Notes under the pieces: generated by a model | Seen by the model: the letters and a program-made list of their open reading frames with translations, nothing else | Told to the model about the DNA's origin: nothing | Databases searched by the model: none | Position numbers and translations under genes: made by a program | Shown: positions 52,215 to 61,428 of the stretch, piece by piece | How the letters are laid out: every line of letters starts with the position of its first letter | How positions within the stretch are numbered: the first letter of the stretch is position 1 | Source: an uncultured Gemmatimonadales bacterium | GTDB lineage: Bacteria > Gemmatimonadota > Gemmatimonadetes > Gemmatimonadales > GWC2-71-9 | Assembly: GCA_963798915.1 (NCBI GenBank) | Contig: CAWCVB010000007.1 | Coordinates: 128,001-192,000 of the forward strand | Reading direction: 5' to 3' | Length of the DNA stretch: 64,000 nt

Positions 52215-52691
52215 GTGCACGTCAGCGAGATCATGCGGCTGGAGGAGCAGCTTCGGCTCACGCTCGAGGGCGAGGCCTGGCACGGCCCTCCTGTCCTCGA
52301 AATCCTGGCAGGAGTCTCGGCGGAGCAAGCCAGCAGCCATCCCATTCCGGGTGCCCACAGCATCTGGGAGCTGGTCCTGCACATCGCCAGCGATTATGGG
52401 CTGGTGCTGCGCCGAATATCTGGAGACGGACACCCGCTCACGCCGGACGAGAGCTGGCCTCCCTGTCCGCCGGCGACAGCCGACCACTGGCAGCAGGCGG
52501 TGGAAGCGCTCCGGCAGTCCAATCAGCAGCTCCGGGATGCGGTGCGCGCCTTTCCAGCCGAGCGGCTCGACCAGCCGCTGGTGCCCGAGGTCCCGTACAC
52601 CGCGTACACGCAGTTCATCGGGGTGACCCAGCACAACCTGTATCATGCCGGCCAGATCGCGCTGCTGAAGCGAGCGCTGGCCGCCACCTGA
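52215..52691 (+). CDS. DinB family protein
   Basis: AWHGP, HSIWELVLHI, QHNLYHAGQI. Confidence 0.9.
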   Translation: MHVSEIMRLEEQLRLTLEGEAWHGPPVLEILAGVSAEQASSHPIPGAHSIWELVLHIASDYGLVLRRISGDGHPLTPDESWPPCPPATADHWQQAVEALRQSNQQLRDAVRAFPAERLDQPLVPEVPYTAYTQFIGVTQHNLYHAGQIALLKRALAAT

Positions 52692-52866
52692 ACCGCAGCA
52701 CCGTCTGCGGGAGGATTTCCTGACTCACCTCTGCGGCTCCCGCTTCCCCGCGTCCCTTGCGAGGTGCGGTTGCGACTGGTTGTCTCGAGAGAATGCAGCG
52801 TGCCCGCCCGGCGGCCCTCGGCTTCGCACCACTTCGCCGGCGGGGCGACGTCCTTGCGCTAAGTAT

Positions 52867-53334
52867 GTGACTTTCTACTTCGCTGCGGGACTTCTTGTCG
52901 CTGGGTGCTCACGGCCACCTCTGACGCTGACACCAGCTCCTTGCGGGTCAGCGGTCGTTGCGGACTCCGGATGGCCGAGCGTGCAGCTACCCGCACAAGC
53001 CGGATGGATCCGGCTTCCACCTTCGTACCGGCCGTATCCGAAGGATGACAGGACGAGTCTTGCGTGGATCGATCCGGGTCGGGGCTCCATTGTTCTTCAG
53101 CGCAGGCGTGAGCCAATGCAGCTGGGGAACGATGGCCTCATGTGCCACTTTCGCTCGGGTATGTTTGACATCCATCTCGTCACAAGTGTCTCGTACAGCG
53201 ATCCGGCCCCCGGATACGTAACCGTCGCCCAGTGGGAGCGCCGACCCGGCGAATGGCTCTCACTTCTTGGCACCGCGCAGGACAGAGTCACGCAGGCGGA
53301 GCAGGTGGCCGCCATCTATTCGTTGACTCTGTAG
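52867..53334 (+). CDS. Hypothetical lipoprotein, start uncertain
   Basis: VTFYFAAGLLVAGC lipobox within ORF 52780..53334. Confidence 0.5.
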   Translation: MTFYFAAGLLVAGCSRPPLTLTPAPCGSAVVADSGWPSVQLPAQAGWIRLPPSYRPYPKDDRTSLAWIDPGRGSIVLQRRREPMQLGNDGLMCHFRSGMFDIHLVTSVSYSDPAPGYVTVAQWERRPGEWLSLLGTAQDRVTQAEQVAAIYSLTL

Positions 53335-53451
53335 GCAGCCACTCGCGACGGACGGGCCGGATGCGCTACGTGGCCGGCATCATTAGCCGGCGACCGCAGC
53401 CGGCGACCGCGCACCGCCAGCTGAGACGCAGGTCGTACGTTAGTCCACCAA

Positions 53452-53982
53452 ATGGAGGGCGTGCCATTCGTGCGCATCCAGGTCGACTCCGAGCCGGATG
53501 AGTCCGTGCGGGGTTGCGTGGCCATCGCTCAGTCGGTCTCGCATCCGGGCCGGGGACTCCTCCTGTTCTTCGCGCTCTACGGTGCCGTGCTGCTCAGCGC
53601 CTACTCCTTGACGCCCAGGACGCCAGTCCAGACGGTGTTCATCGCCTTCGGGGCCATCTTCTCGACCTACTACATCGTTCGCCTTGAGGGCTTGTCCCGG
53701 CTGCGCCGCCTCACTCGCCGTGACCCGCACGCCAACGAGACCACCTTCATCGAGTTGACCGCTCACGGAGTACACACCTGGTGCGAGCATATTGATGCGC
53801 GCTACCCGTGGACCGATTTCGCCAGGGTCTCGGAAAACGCGGAGTTCTTCCTGTTTGCGCGCTCGTCTGGTTCGGGGACGGTCACTCCGAAGCGTGTGGT
53901 CACGGGACCGCTGGAGCTGGAGCTGCGTCAATGCGTCGCGGAATGGTGGGGCGAGATTCAGAGGCTGCCACGCTGGTGTTGA
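53452..53982 (+). CDS. YcxB-like membrane protein
   Basis: Two TM helices, then YPWTDFARVSENAEFFLF...PKR. Confidence 0.7.
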   Translation: MEGVPFVRIQVDSEPDESVRGCVAIAQSVSHPGRGLLLFFALYGAVLLSAYSLTPRTPVQTVFIAFGAIFSTYYIVRLEGLSRLRRLTRRDPHANETTFIELTAHGVHTWCEHIDARYPWTDFARVSENAEFFLFARSSGSGTVTPKRVVTGPLELELRQCVAEWWGEIQRLPRWC

Positions 53983-54141
53983 ACGTGGCGTCTCGCTTGC
54001 GGACCCGTTTTCATCGTGCTACTTGTCGTACAGGAAGACTTCCACGACCGGGGTCGACCGGTTCCAGCTGGGCTAGCATTGGCGGCAGAACGTGAAACGT
54101 CAGGCGACACTTTCGCCCTCGCGCGCATCAGGAGGAAGCGT

Positions 54142-54570
54142 ATGACGGCAGGTCCTGACCTCACTGCTCCGCCAGTTCGCATCATGTCAGCCGTCCCCAC
54201 TTTTCTGGTGCCTGATGTTGCTGCGACGGCGCGGTGGTACGCGGAGCACCTTGGCTTCCATACCGCGGGGCATTCGCCCGACCATGAACCGTATGTCCAC
54301 GCCAGCGTCCAGCGAGGCGGGGCCGAGATCATGTTCCTCGGCCTCGCAGGCTACCAGAAGCCCGATCTCGCCAAGCTGCGGCCGGCTGGTCTATGGGACG
54401 CGTACATCCGCTTGGAGGGGGTACGCACCGTGTACGAAGTGATCGCTGACCGGTCGTTCATACGGATGCCACTCACGAAGCAGTCGTATGGCGACTGGGA
54501 GTTCGAGGTCCGCGATCCCAATGGGTACATCCTCGTCTTCGGCGGCGATGCCGATGCGAGGTCCCGGTGA
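54142..54570 (+). CDS. VOC / bleomycin-resistance family protein
   Basis: AGGAGG RBS; VPDVAATARWYAEHLGF, YGDWEFEVRDPNGYILVF. Confidence 0.88.
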   Translation: MTAGPDLTAPPVRIMSAVPTFLVPDVAATARWYAEHLGFHTAGHSPDHEPYVHASVQRGGAEIMFLGLAGYQKPDLAKLRPAGLWDAYIRLEGVRTVYEVIADRSFIRMPLTKQSYGDWEFEVRDPNGYILVFGGDADARSR

Positions 54571-54691
54571 GTGCCAAGCGATTTCGTTGAGCTACCGGTC
54601 GATCGAGGAGCGGATTCCGGCGGAGCATGCCCGCTTCACGGCACTCCCGAAGCGCAATTCGTCAGCTGGACGCCAACCGACCTCTGCAGAT

Positions 54692-54730
54692 AACAAAACG
54701 CCCGGCCGGGTGCGTCAGCACCCGACCGGG
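54692..54730 (-). terminator. Intrinsic terminator after the csp gene
   Basis: 13-bp stem CCCGGTCGGGTGC/GCACCCGGCCGGG followed by CGTTTTGTT. Confidence 0.75.
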
Positions 54731-54770
54731 TCGCAATGTGAAGGTGGAACGACGACCGGGACTGCGCTGA

Positions 54771-54983
54771 TCAGGCGCTGGTCTTGGTGACGTTTTCCGC
54801 CGCGGGGCCCTTCTGGCCCTGCACCACGTCAAATTCCACCCGCTCGCCCTCGGCCAGGCTCTTGAAGCCCTCGGCCTGAATCGCCGAATGATGGACGAAG
54901 CAATCCTTCTGTCCGTCTTCGGGGGTGATGAAGCCGAAGCCCTTGGCGTCATTGAACCATTTCACTGTGCCGGTGGTACGCAT
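54771..54983 (-). CDS. Cold-shock protein (CspA family)
   Basis: [38 protein letters not shown]. Confidence 0.97.
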   Translation of the reverse strand: MRTTGTVKWFNDAKGFGFITPEDGQKDCFVHHSAIQAEGFKSLAEGERVEFDVVQGQKGPAAENVTKTSA

Positions 54984-55095
54984 TGCATTACTCCTCATTG
55001 GTGTTGCGGCATCGGCGTGCGGCAAGGCCGGACGGACCGACGACGCGTGCTCGTGACATTGCCTCACGAAAGGCTGCGGCTGCTCAGTCAGCATG

Positions 55096-55127
55096 CAAAA
55101 AGGGCCCCGGCGTATCTCCCGGGACCC
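55096..55127 (-). terminator. Terminator-like hairpin within the predicted csp leader
   Basis: GGGTCCCGG-gagatacg-CCGGGGCCC-TTTTT. Confidence 0.65.
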
Positions 55128-55180
55128 TCGCAGCTCCTTGGATTTAGCATCGCGCCTTCGGCGCGACTGTCGCAGCCCTT

Positions 55181-55209
55181 AAGATACCCTCATGGCGAGC
55201 GTTTCACAA
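55181..55209 (-). promoter_or_regulatory. Sigma70-like promoter for csp
   Basis: TTGTGA-17 bp-TATCTT. Confidence 0.55.
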
Positions 55210-55243
55210 GGAGCGCAGCCATGGACCGGGAGAATGCGCATGC

Positions 55244-55542
55244 AACACCGGGTATCGCCTGAGTGACACCGCCGCGTCCTAGCTCAACGAGTCCGCCGTC
55301 GGCCGGGGGATCCGGCGGAGTGGCATTGCACGGGATGAGCTGTCTGTCACCACCAAGCGGTGGACCAGGGAGATGGGCTGCAGCTGGATTATGTCGACTG
55401 TTGCTGATGCTTCAGCCATTCGGCGACGTGTACGGCGAGTGGCGCGCGATGGAAGAGTTGTAGCGTGCGGGCAAGGCCAGGGCGATTGGCATCGCCAACT
55501 TTCATCCCGACCGCATCATGGACCTCATGCTGCACAATGAAC
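55244..55542 (+). pseudogene. Aldo/keto reductase remnant
   Basis: [35 protein letters not shown]...LQLDYVD...[26 protein letters not shown]; stops and deletions. Confidence 0.85.
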
Positions 55543-55673
55543 GATGTGCTTGAGTTCGGCGATCCGGACCCTCGCAAGGTTTCCGTCTTGCTCTTGACAT
55601 GCCGTGATGATACGGCAAGCTCTGGGGATTCAATACCAAGCTGCTGTTGGATGCTCCGGGATTACGCCGAAAC

Positions 55674-56036
55674 TCACGGGCGCCGGGCCGGCGTCTGCCA
55701 CAAAACCTCCCGCACCATCCAGACTTCTCCGTACTTCGCGAGCAGCAGGTAGTCCGTGCCCCATGAGGCCACGACCTTGGCGCTGGCCGTCTGATCCTGA
55801 ACGTCAAAAACGGTCACCTCGCGCGGCGCATCGGGCGGGGCGAACATCCTGCGCTCCCTCACGCTTCTGGTGTAAGCGATCGCCTCGGACCACGACATGG
55901 CCTCGCCGAGGTAGCGTGTCGAGTCGGACGACCACCAGAACCCGAATTTTTGCAGGTCGGGGCTGACGCTGCGGCGGAGCCGGTTCTCGTCGCCCTGATA
56001 GAAGCCCTCGACGTAATCCAGGACCGCCCGCCGCAT
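55674..56036 (-). CDS. NTF2-like (lumazine-binding-like) protein; 5' end uncertain or damaged
   Basis: RAVLDYVEGFYQGD..RL, ASAKV..WGTDYLLLAK..W. Confidence 0.75.
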   Translation of the reverse strand: MRRAVLDYVEGFYQGDENRLRRSVSPDLQKFGFWWSSDSTRYLGEAMSWSEAIAYTRSVRERRMFAPPDAPREVTVFDVQDQTASAKVVASWGTDYLLLAKYGEVWMVREVLWQTPARRP

Positions 56037-56214
56037 CCCGCCTCCGCATTCGTCGGGTAGATGCACCGCCCGAGACGAGCGAGCCCGACCTCGGCACCGA
56101 GCGCGTTGCGGAATCGAGCCGTCGTCACTTGCCAAGTGACGCCAGCGTGACAGCAGCGTCACGGGCGCCCGTATCCTGCGCTGGGTAGCACGCCGCCGAG
56201 GAGGTCGAAGCAAG

Positions 56215-59200
56215 GTGACCCAATTCATGCACAGCAGGGCTATCCTCGCGACCGCGCTGATGGGCGCGCTCGTCGCCGCCGAAGGCTGCAATCGCACGTC
56301 AGGCGCGTCGGCGAGCGACCGAACGGCCATGGCGCTCGAGCAATGCGATCCGGCCCGCTACATCCCCTGCATTCCGCAGGTCGCCTTTCTTTCCGTCCCC
56401 CTTCATGATGCCGGTCTCTATCTCACCTACTCGAGCCAGTGGGCGCCCGGCGTGTCGGGCCATCGTCCGTGGGACGTCGGCTCGCTGGGACTCGGTGGCT
56501 GGTCCATCAATCCCATTCAGCGCTATGACACCGCCCAACGGGTGCTCTTCAGCGGCGACGGGTCCTGGCGCATCGCGAGCAGCGTGCGACTTCCGTCGGA
56601 TGAGCGAGTCGTTCCCAGCTACGACGGAGCACTCGCCTACGTCTTCGATCCCGCTGGCCGCCATGTGCGCACCATGGACGGCCACCTCGGCACCGTGCTG
56701 CTTCACATCGAGTACGACGCTGTTGGCCGTCTGACCAGCATCGACGGATCGCTCGACGGCGCTCCGGCGCACCTGTCGGTCCAGCGCGCACCCGACGGCA
56801 CGGCGCGCGCCCTCGCGGGTACGGATGGCGGCACGACGTCGCTCACGATGGAGCCGCGTGGCCGGCTGACAGCAGTCACCAACCCCGCTGGCGCCACCAC
56901 GCGTATCGACTGGGATGAGGGCGGACACGTCGTCTCGCAGACGGATCCGCTGGGCGGGGTTGCGCACTACAGCTACGATAACTCGGGACGAGTCGTCTCT
57001 TACGTCGACGCGGACAGCGTCGCGCAACGATTCGAGCGGCACGAATCGAGCAAGAGCCTCGAGATCCGTGTATCGACCACCCTCGGCCGACACTGGACGT
57101 ATCGCGGGGAGCTTCTGGACGGCGCGATCCGCCGCACGTTCATCGATCGGGACGGTTCGATGAGCACCGAAACCGTCGACCCACGTGGCGCGCGTGTGAT
57201 CAAGCTCGCCGACGGAACGAGCTACAGCGTCGGCGCGCTGGCGCATCCAGTCTGGAGCATGTCGGCGCCGATCTTGACACCCGTGGTGCAATCCCGCCCC
57301 GACGGAGTCACAGCCCGGCGCGAGGTGAAGTACGCGCTCCAGCCGCAGCGTGGTCTTCCCTACATGCTCGCGGGATCTGTCACCACCGTTATCAACGGTC
57401 GCGCGTGGAGGCAAGACTTCGATCCTCTCAGACGCACGGTAGTGCTGGTCGGCCCCGCCGGGCGTCGCACGCTCATCACGTACGATTCCGCAGGCCGTGT
57501 GCTGAGCCACTCGGCGCCAGGCAGACCGCCGGCGGCGTATGCGTACGACGCCGCCGGGCGGATGGTGAGCGAGACCATCGGGGCGGGTCAACTCGCCCGC
57601 ACCACCCGCTACGTCTACGACGCGAACACCGGCCGGATCACTACCACCCTTCCCGACGGTGTCGTCGAGCACGCGACCGTCGACAAAGCTGGACATATGG
57701 TGCAGGCGTCCGCCGGAGACGGCTCGACGGCGATTGCAGCCTATGACGGTGGCGATCGGCTCATCCAGCTCCAACCCGCCGGAGGGGTGAGCTTCACCCT
57801 GGGCTCGAGCCCCGGCGGTCGGCCCACCGCGTTCGTGCCACCTGTCGTGCCGGGTGATTCGTCCATTGAGTCGCGCTCCTACGATCCCGATGGACAACTG
57901 ACGCGGATTGTCGGATCGGGTGGGCGCGCCGTGATGCTTTCGTACGATGACGCGGGACGGGTGAAGCGCTGGAGCTTCGATCAGGGCACGCGAACCATTT
58001 TCTACGACCCGCGAACCGGCGCGACAACTCGGGCCACGGATCCGAGCGGCGTGACCACCACCTACGGTTACGCGGGCGACCTCGCCGATCGCCTGACCTG
58101 GTCCGGGCCAATTGCTGGTTCGGTCGGCGTCACACTCGATGCGAACGGACGTCCCGCGGCCGAAGCGGTGAACGGGGCGGACACGCTGCGCTTCGCCTAC
58201 GACGGATCGGGCTTGCTCACGAGGGTCGGACCGCTGACGCTTACGCGCGACTCCGCGAGTGGGCTGGTCACGGCGACGAAGCTCGGGGTGGTCGAGACCC
58301 GGCAGACATTCGACGCGAACGGATCGCTCATGCGCGCAACGACGACCGTGCGTGGCGACGTGGTGTTCGAGCTGCGCTACACACGCGATGTGCTCGGACG
58401 AATCGCGAGCGTCAGTCAGACGACCGGCCACGGGAAGCCGTCGCGTACCGCCTACGCGTACGATGCGGCCGGTCGGTTATCTGCCGTTCGGGAGAACGGC
58501 CGACCGGCGGAGAGCGAGGGCTATGATCCGGCCGGGAATCGTGTCGCGGTGAACCGCCCGAGCGCCACCTTAAAGGCCGCCTACGACGATCGCGATCGCG
58601 CGATGACGTGGGGCTCGCGTCACTACTCATGGTCGCCCGACGGCAGCCTGACTCGGGTCATCGAGGATGCGAGCGCGACGTCGTTCACCTACGACGACTT
58701 CGGCGCGCTTCGCACGGCCACGCTTCCCGACGGGCGGGAGGTCAGCTATCTCGTTGATGCCGACGGGCGTCGTGTGGGCCGCCGGGTCGGGCGGAACATC
58801 GTCGCGGGATATCTCTATCGGCTGGATGGCTTCGTCGCCGCGGAAACAGATCCGAAAGGCAGGGTGGTCTCGCGATTCGGCTACGATGATCTGGGCCATC
58901 TCGCGCTGGTGGAGCGTGGCGGCATTGCGTACCGCGTGATAACAGATGCGGTGGGGAGCCCACTCCTGGTCATCGATTCGCGGAATGGCAACATTGCCGA
59001 GGCGATGGCGTACAGCCCGTGGGGACGCATGATGCAGGACACGGCGCCGGGGTTCACTCCGTTCGGGTTCGCGGGCGGATTGCGGGATCCGGACACCGAC
59101 CTGCTCCGCATGGGAGCACGCGACTACGAGCCAGCGACGGGGCGCTGGACGGCGGCCGATCCCCTGCGATTCGCCGGCGGCGATGCGAACTTGTACCGCT

Positions 59201-61428
59201 ATGCGGCGGGCGATCCGGTCAACCGAGTCGATCCACGCGGAATGTGTATTTCGCTGAAGGAGGTGGACATCGCCATAACTCGCGGCTTGGCGTCTCACTT
59301 ACCGGAGATGAAGGGGGAAAACGACCTGTGTCCTGACGCAGCGATCGGCACACTCACGAATCCCGCGACGCCGCAGAACAACAATCCACCTCCACCTGGC
59401 GATCCGCCGGCGGCGGGGAACCCACCAGGGAACGGCAGTCCCTTCGATTGGGGATGCAAGGGAACTATATGCGTGGGTCCGGACGGTCTGGGCTGCGAGT
59501 TCGGAAGCTGTCACAAGAACCCGTTCGGATTCACCTGCGACGCGGTGTATTGCCACGGGCCAGGCAATGAGTGGTGTTTCTACTGCTCCATGGGCGACCC
59601 TCATCTGCAAGCTGGAAACGGCGCTCGCTTCGACCTTCAGGCCGCCGGCGAATTCCTGATGGTGACCTCGCGCGATGGCGACCACGTCGTTCAGGCGCGG
59701 CAGGAGCCGTATGTCCAGGGAGCTCCGGTAACGGTCAACAGCGCCGTCGCCGCCAATCTGAGCGGCGATCACGTGGGCGTCTACGCCACCGAACCTGATT
59801 TCCTGCTGGTGAATGGCGTACCCGTCCGGCAGCTCGATATCGAGAGACGCTTGCCGCACGGCGACTCGATCGAGCGCCACGGTGGTCTTGTGATCCTCCG
59901 CTGGCGCGACGGCAGTCGACTGACCGTCAGCCGCGTCGTGAGAAGCTTGAATTACGCTTTCGTTCCCGGCCCGGGTGTCGGACCGCTGCGCGGCCTGCTT
60001 GGCGGAGCCGGCATCGACTCGCCGCACACGCTCACCAGCCGCGATGGCGCTGTCCTCCGACTCTCCGATCCCACCTTCGGGAAGAAGCTCTATCAGCAGG
60101 TCGGCAACAGCTGGCGGATCAGGCAATCCGAGTCGCTGTTCCACTACTGGCCCGGCGAAAGCACCGCGACCTTCACGAACGTGAGCTTCCCAGCCAAGCT
60201 GGTGACGGCCGCCTCGCTCTCCGCTGCGGTGCGGTCGAAGGCTGAAGCGATCTGTCGCGCCGTGGGCGTGCACACTCGGCCCGTGCTCGACGACTGCATT
60301 CTGGACGTCGGGATCACCGACCTGCCCGCCTTCGCCGCGGCATCGGTCGCCTTGGCGGCGAGCTTACCTCCGCGTCGCGCGCCGTCCGCCACCGCGTCGT
60401 CCTCGATCGCATCGCCCTCCAGCGCATTCGCCATCACGCTCGGCGATTCCGTATCTCCGAATCATCCAGCCAGGGGCGCGGGGATCATCTTGCATGCCGG
60501 GGAGAAGCAGTCGTATGCGTTTTCCGCCCCTGCGGGAACGAGCATCTTCGTCGAGGTTGGGCCGTGTCAGGGCGCGACGCCCACATTCGAGGTGCTCGCA
60601 CCGGACAGCACGCCGCTCGGCGGCACCTTCGGTTGCACCGGGTTCGGTCCGGTGCGCCTCTCCGCTGCCGGCGTTCATCGCATCGTCGTCGCCACCCTTG
60701 ACACGGGAATGGTCCGCTACCGCCTTACCCTTCGCATCGCGCCGTTCGACCAGTACGCGATCCGCATCGGTGACACGGTCTCTCCCGACCATCCCGCTCC
60801 CGGTGCAGGCATCATCACCAGCCCCGGGCAGAAACAGTCCTATGCATTCGCCGGCGTGGCGGGCCAGGCCGTGTATGTGGGAGTCGGCCCGTGCGAGGGC
60901 GCCAACCCGAGCTTCGACCTCCGCGCGCCGGACGACAAATTGCTCGGGGGCGTAATCGGCAACTGTCACGCCGATATCGGCCGGCAGGTCCTGCCCGTGA
61001 CGGGCACATACCACATCGTCGCAAGCACGGTCAACAAGACCGATGTCTCACGCTACAGCTTCTTTGTGCACACCGTTCCCGGCGATCAGCATTTCCCGGT
61101 GCGACTGCCGATCACCGTCTCTCTCGATGGTCCGGCTGCCGGATCCGGGCGCATGCGCACACAGGGGGTTCAGCAGTTCTACGACTTCAGCGCCAGCCCT
61201 GGGACGGTGGTCCATGTCGAGAGTCGCTGCAATCCGGCGTGCTCACATCTGGCGGTCCGGGTGACCCGAGCGGGCGACACTGGCGAAGGCCAGTTTCTCG
61301 ATCTGAATTATCTCAGACACGATTGGACGTTGCCGCCGGGCGGCAACTACACGATCCAAGTGCGCTCGACCGGGTTCACTGGTACATACGGCTTCACGGC
61401 GTCGCCGGCTGTGACGCGGCGTCGCTGA
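56215..61428 (+). CDS. Teneurin-like YD/Rhs repeat protein with C-terminal Cys-rich, VWD and three PPC-like domains
   Basis: GAGGAGG RBS, signal peptide, many YDxxGR repeats, Rhs core ending NLYRYAAGDPVNRVDPRG, GDPH motif, three ~105-aa repeats. Confidence 0.9.
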   Translation: MTQFMHSRAILATALMGALVAAEGCNRTSGASASDRTAMALEQCDPARYIPCIPQVAFLSVPLHDAGLYLTYSSQWAPGVSGHRPWDVGSLGLGGWSINPIQRYDTAQRVLFSGDGSWRIASSVRLPSDERVVPSYDGALAYVFDPAGRHVRTMDGHLGTVLLHIEYDAVGRLTSIDGSLDGAPAHLSVQRAPDGTARALAGTDGGTTSLTMEPRGRLTAVTNPAGATTRIDWDEGGHVVSQTDPLGGVAHYSYDNSGRVVSYVDADSVAQRFERHESSKSLEIRVSTTLGRHWTYRGELLDGAIRRTFIDRDGSMSTETVDPRGARVIKLADGTSYSVGALAHPVWSMSAPILTPVVQSRPDGVTARREVKYALQPQRGLPYMLAGSVTTVINGRAWRQDFDPLRRTVVLVGPAGRRTLITYDSAGRVLSHSAPGRPPAAYAYDAAGRMVSETIGAGQLARTTRYVYDANTGRITTTLPDGVVEHATVDKAGHMVQASAGDGSTAIAAYDGGDRLIQLQPAGGVSFTLGSSPGGRPTAFVPPVVPGDSSIESRSYDPDGQLTRIVGSGGRAVMLSYDDAGRVKRWSFDQGTRTIFYDPRTGATTRATDPSGVTTTYGYAGDLADRLTWSGPIAGSVGVTLDANGRPAAEAVNGADTLRFAYDGSGLLTRVGPLTLTRDSASGLVTATKLGVVETRQTFDANGSLMRATTTVRGDVVFELRYTRDVLGRIASVSQTTGHGKPSRTAYAYDAAGRLSAVRENGRPAESEGYDPAGNRVAVNRPSATLKAAYDDRDRAMTWGSRHYSWSPDGSLTRVIEDASATSFTYDDFGALRTATLPDGREVSYLVDADGRRVGRRVGRNIVAGYLYRLDGFVAAETDPKGRVVSRFGYDDLGHLALVERGGIAYRVITDAVGSPLLVIDSRNGNIAEAMAYSPWGRMMQDTAPGFTPFGFAGGLRDPDTDLLRMGARDYEPATGRWTAADPLRFAGGDANLYRYAAGDPVNRVDPRGMCISLKEVDIAITRGLASHLPEMKGENDLCPDAAIGTLTNPATPQNNNPPPPGDPPAAGNPPGNGSPFDWGCKGTICVGPDGLGCEFGSCHKNPFGFTCDAVYCHGPGNEWCFYCSMGDPHLQAGNGARFDLQAAGEFLMVTSRDGDHVVQARQEPYVQGAPVTVNSAVAANLSGDHVGVYATEPDFLLVNGVPVRQLDIERRLPHGDSIERHGGLVILRWRDGSRLTVSRVVRSLNYAFVPGPGVGPLRGLLGGAGIDSPHTLTSRDGAVLRLSDPTFGKKLYQQVGNSWRIRQSESLFHYWPGESTATFTNVSFPAKLVTAASLSAAVRSKAEAICRAVGVHTRPVLDDCILDVGITDLPAFAAASVALAASLPPRRAPSATASSSIASPSSAFAITLGDSVSPNHPARGAGIILHAGEKQSYAFSAPAGTSIFVEVGPCQGATPTFEVLAPDSTPLGGTFGCTGFGPVRLSAAGVHRIVVATLDTGMVRYRLTLRIAPFDQYAIRIGDTVSPDHPAPGAGIITSPGQKQSYAFAGVAGQAVYVGVGPCEGANPSFDLRAPDDKLLGGVIGNCHADIGRQVLPVTGTYHIVASTVNKTDVSRYSFFVHTVPGDQHFPVRLPITVSLDGPAAGSGRMRTQGVQQFYDFSASPGTVVHVESRCNPACSHLAVRVTRAGDTGEGQFLDLNYLRHDWTLPPGGNYTIQVRSTGFTGTYGFTASPAVTRRR

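Noticed and set aside
55140..55175. Glycine riboswitch (CGCCGAAGGCGC)
   Set aside because: The GGAGA and TCAGG elements are missing, the motif is explained by a simple hairpin, and the downstream gene is csp.
56299..58431. 710-aa antisense ORF and similar long shadow ORFs (e.g. 31557..33350, 27318..28739, 11018..12190)
   Set aside because: They lie antisense to well-supported genes, are Arg/Gly/Ala-rich without motifs, and are expected at this GC content.
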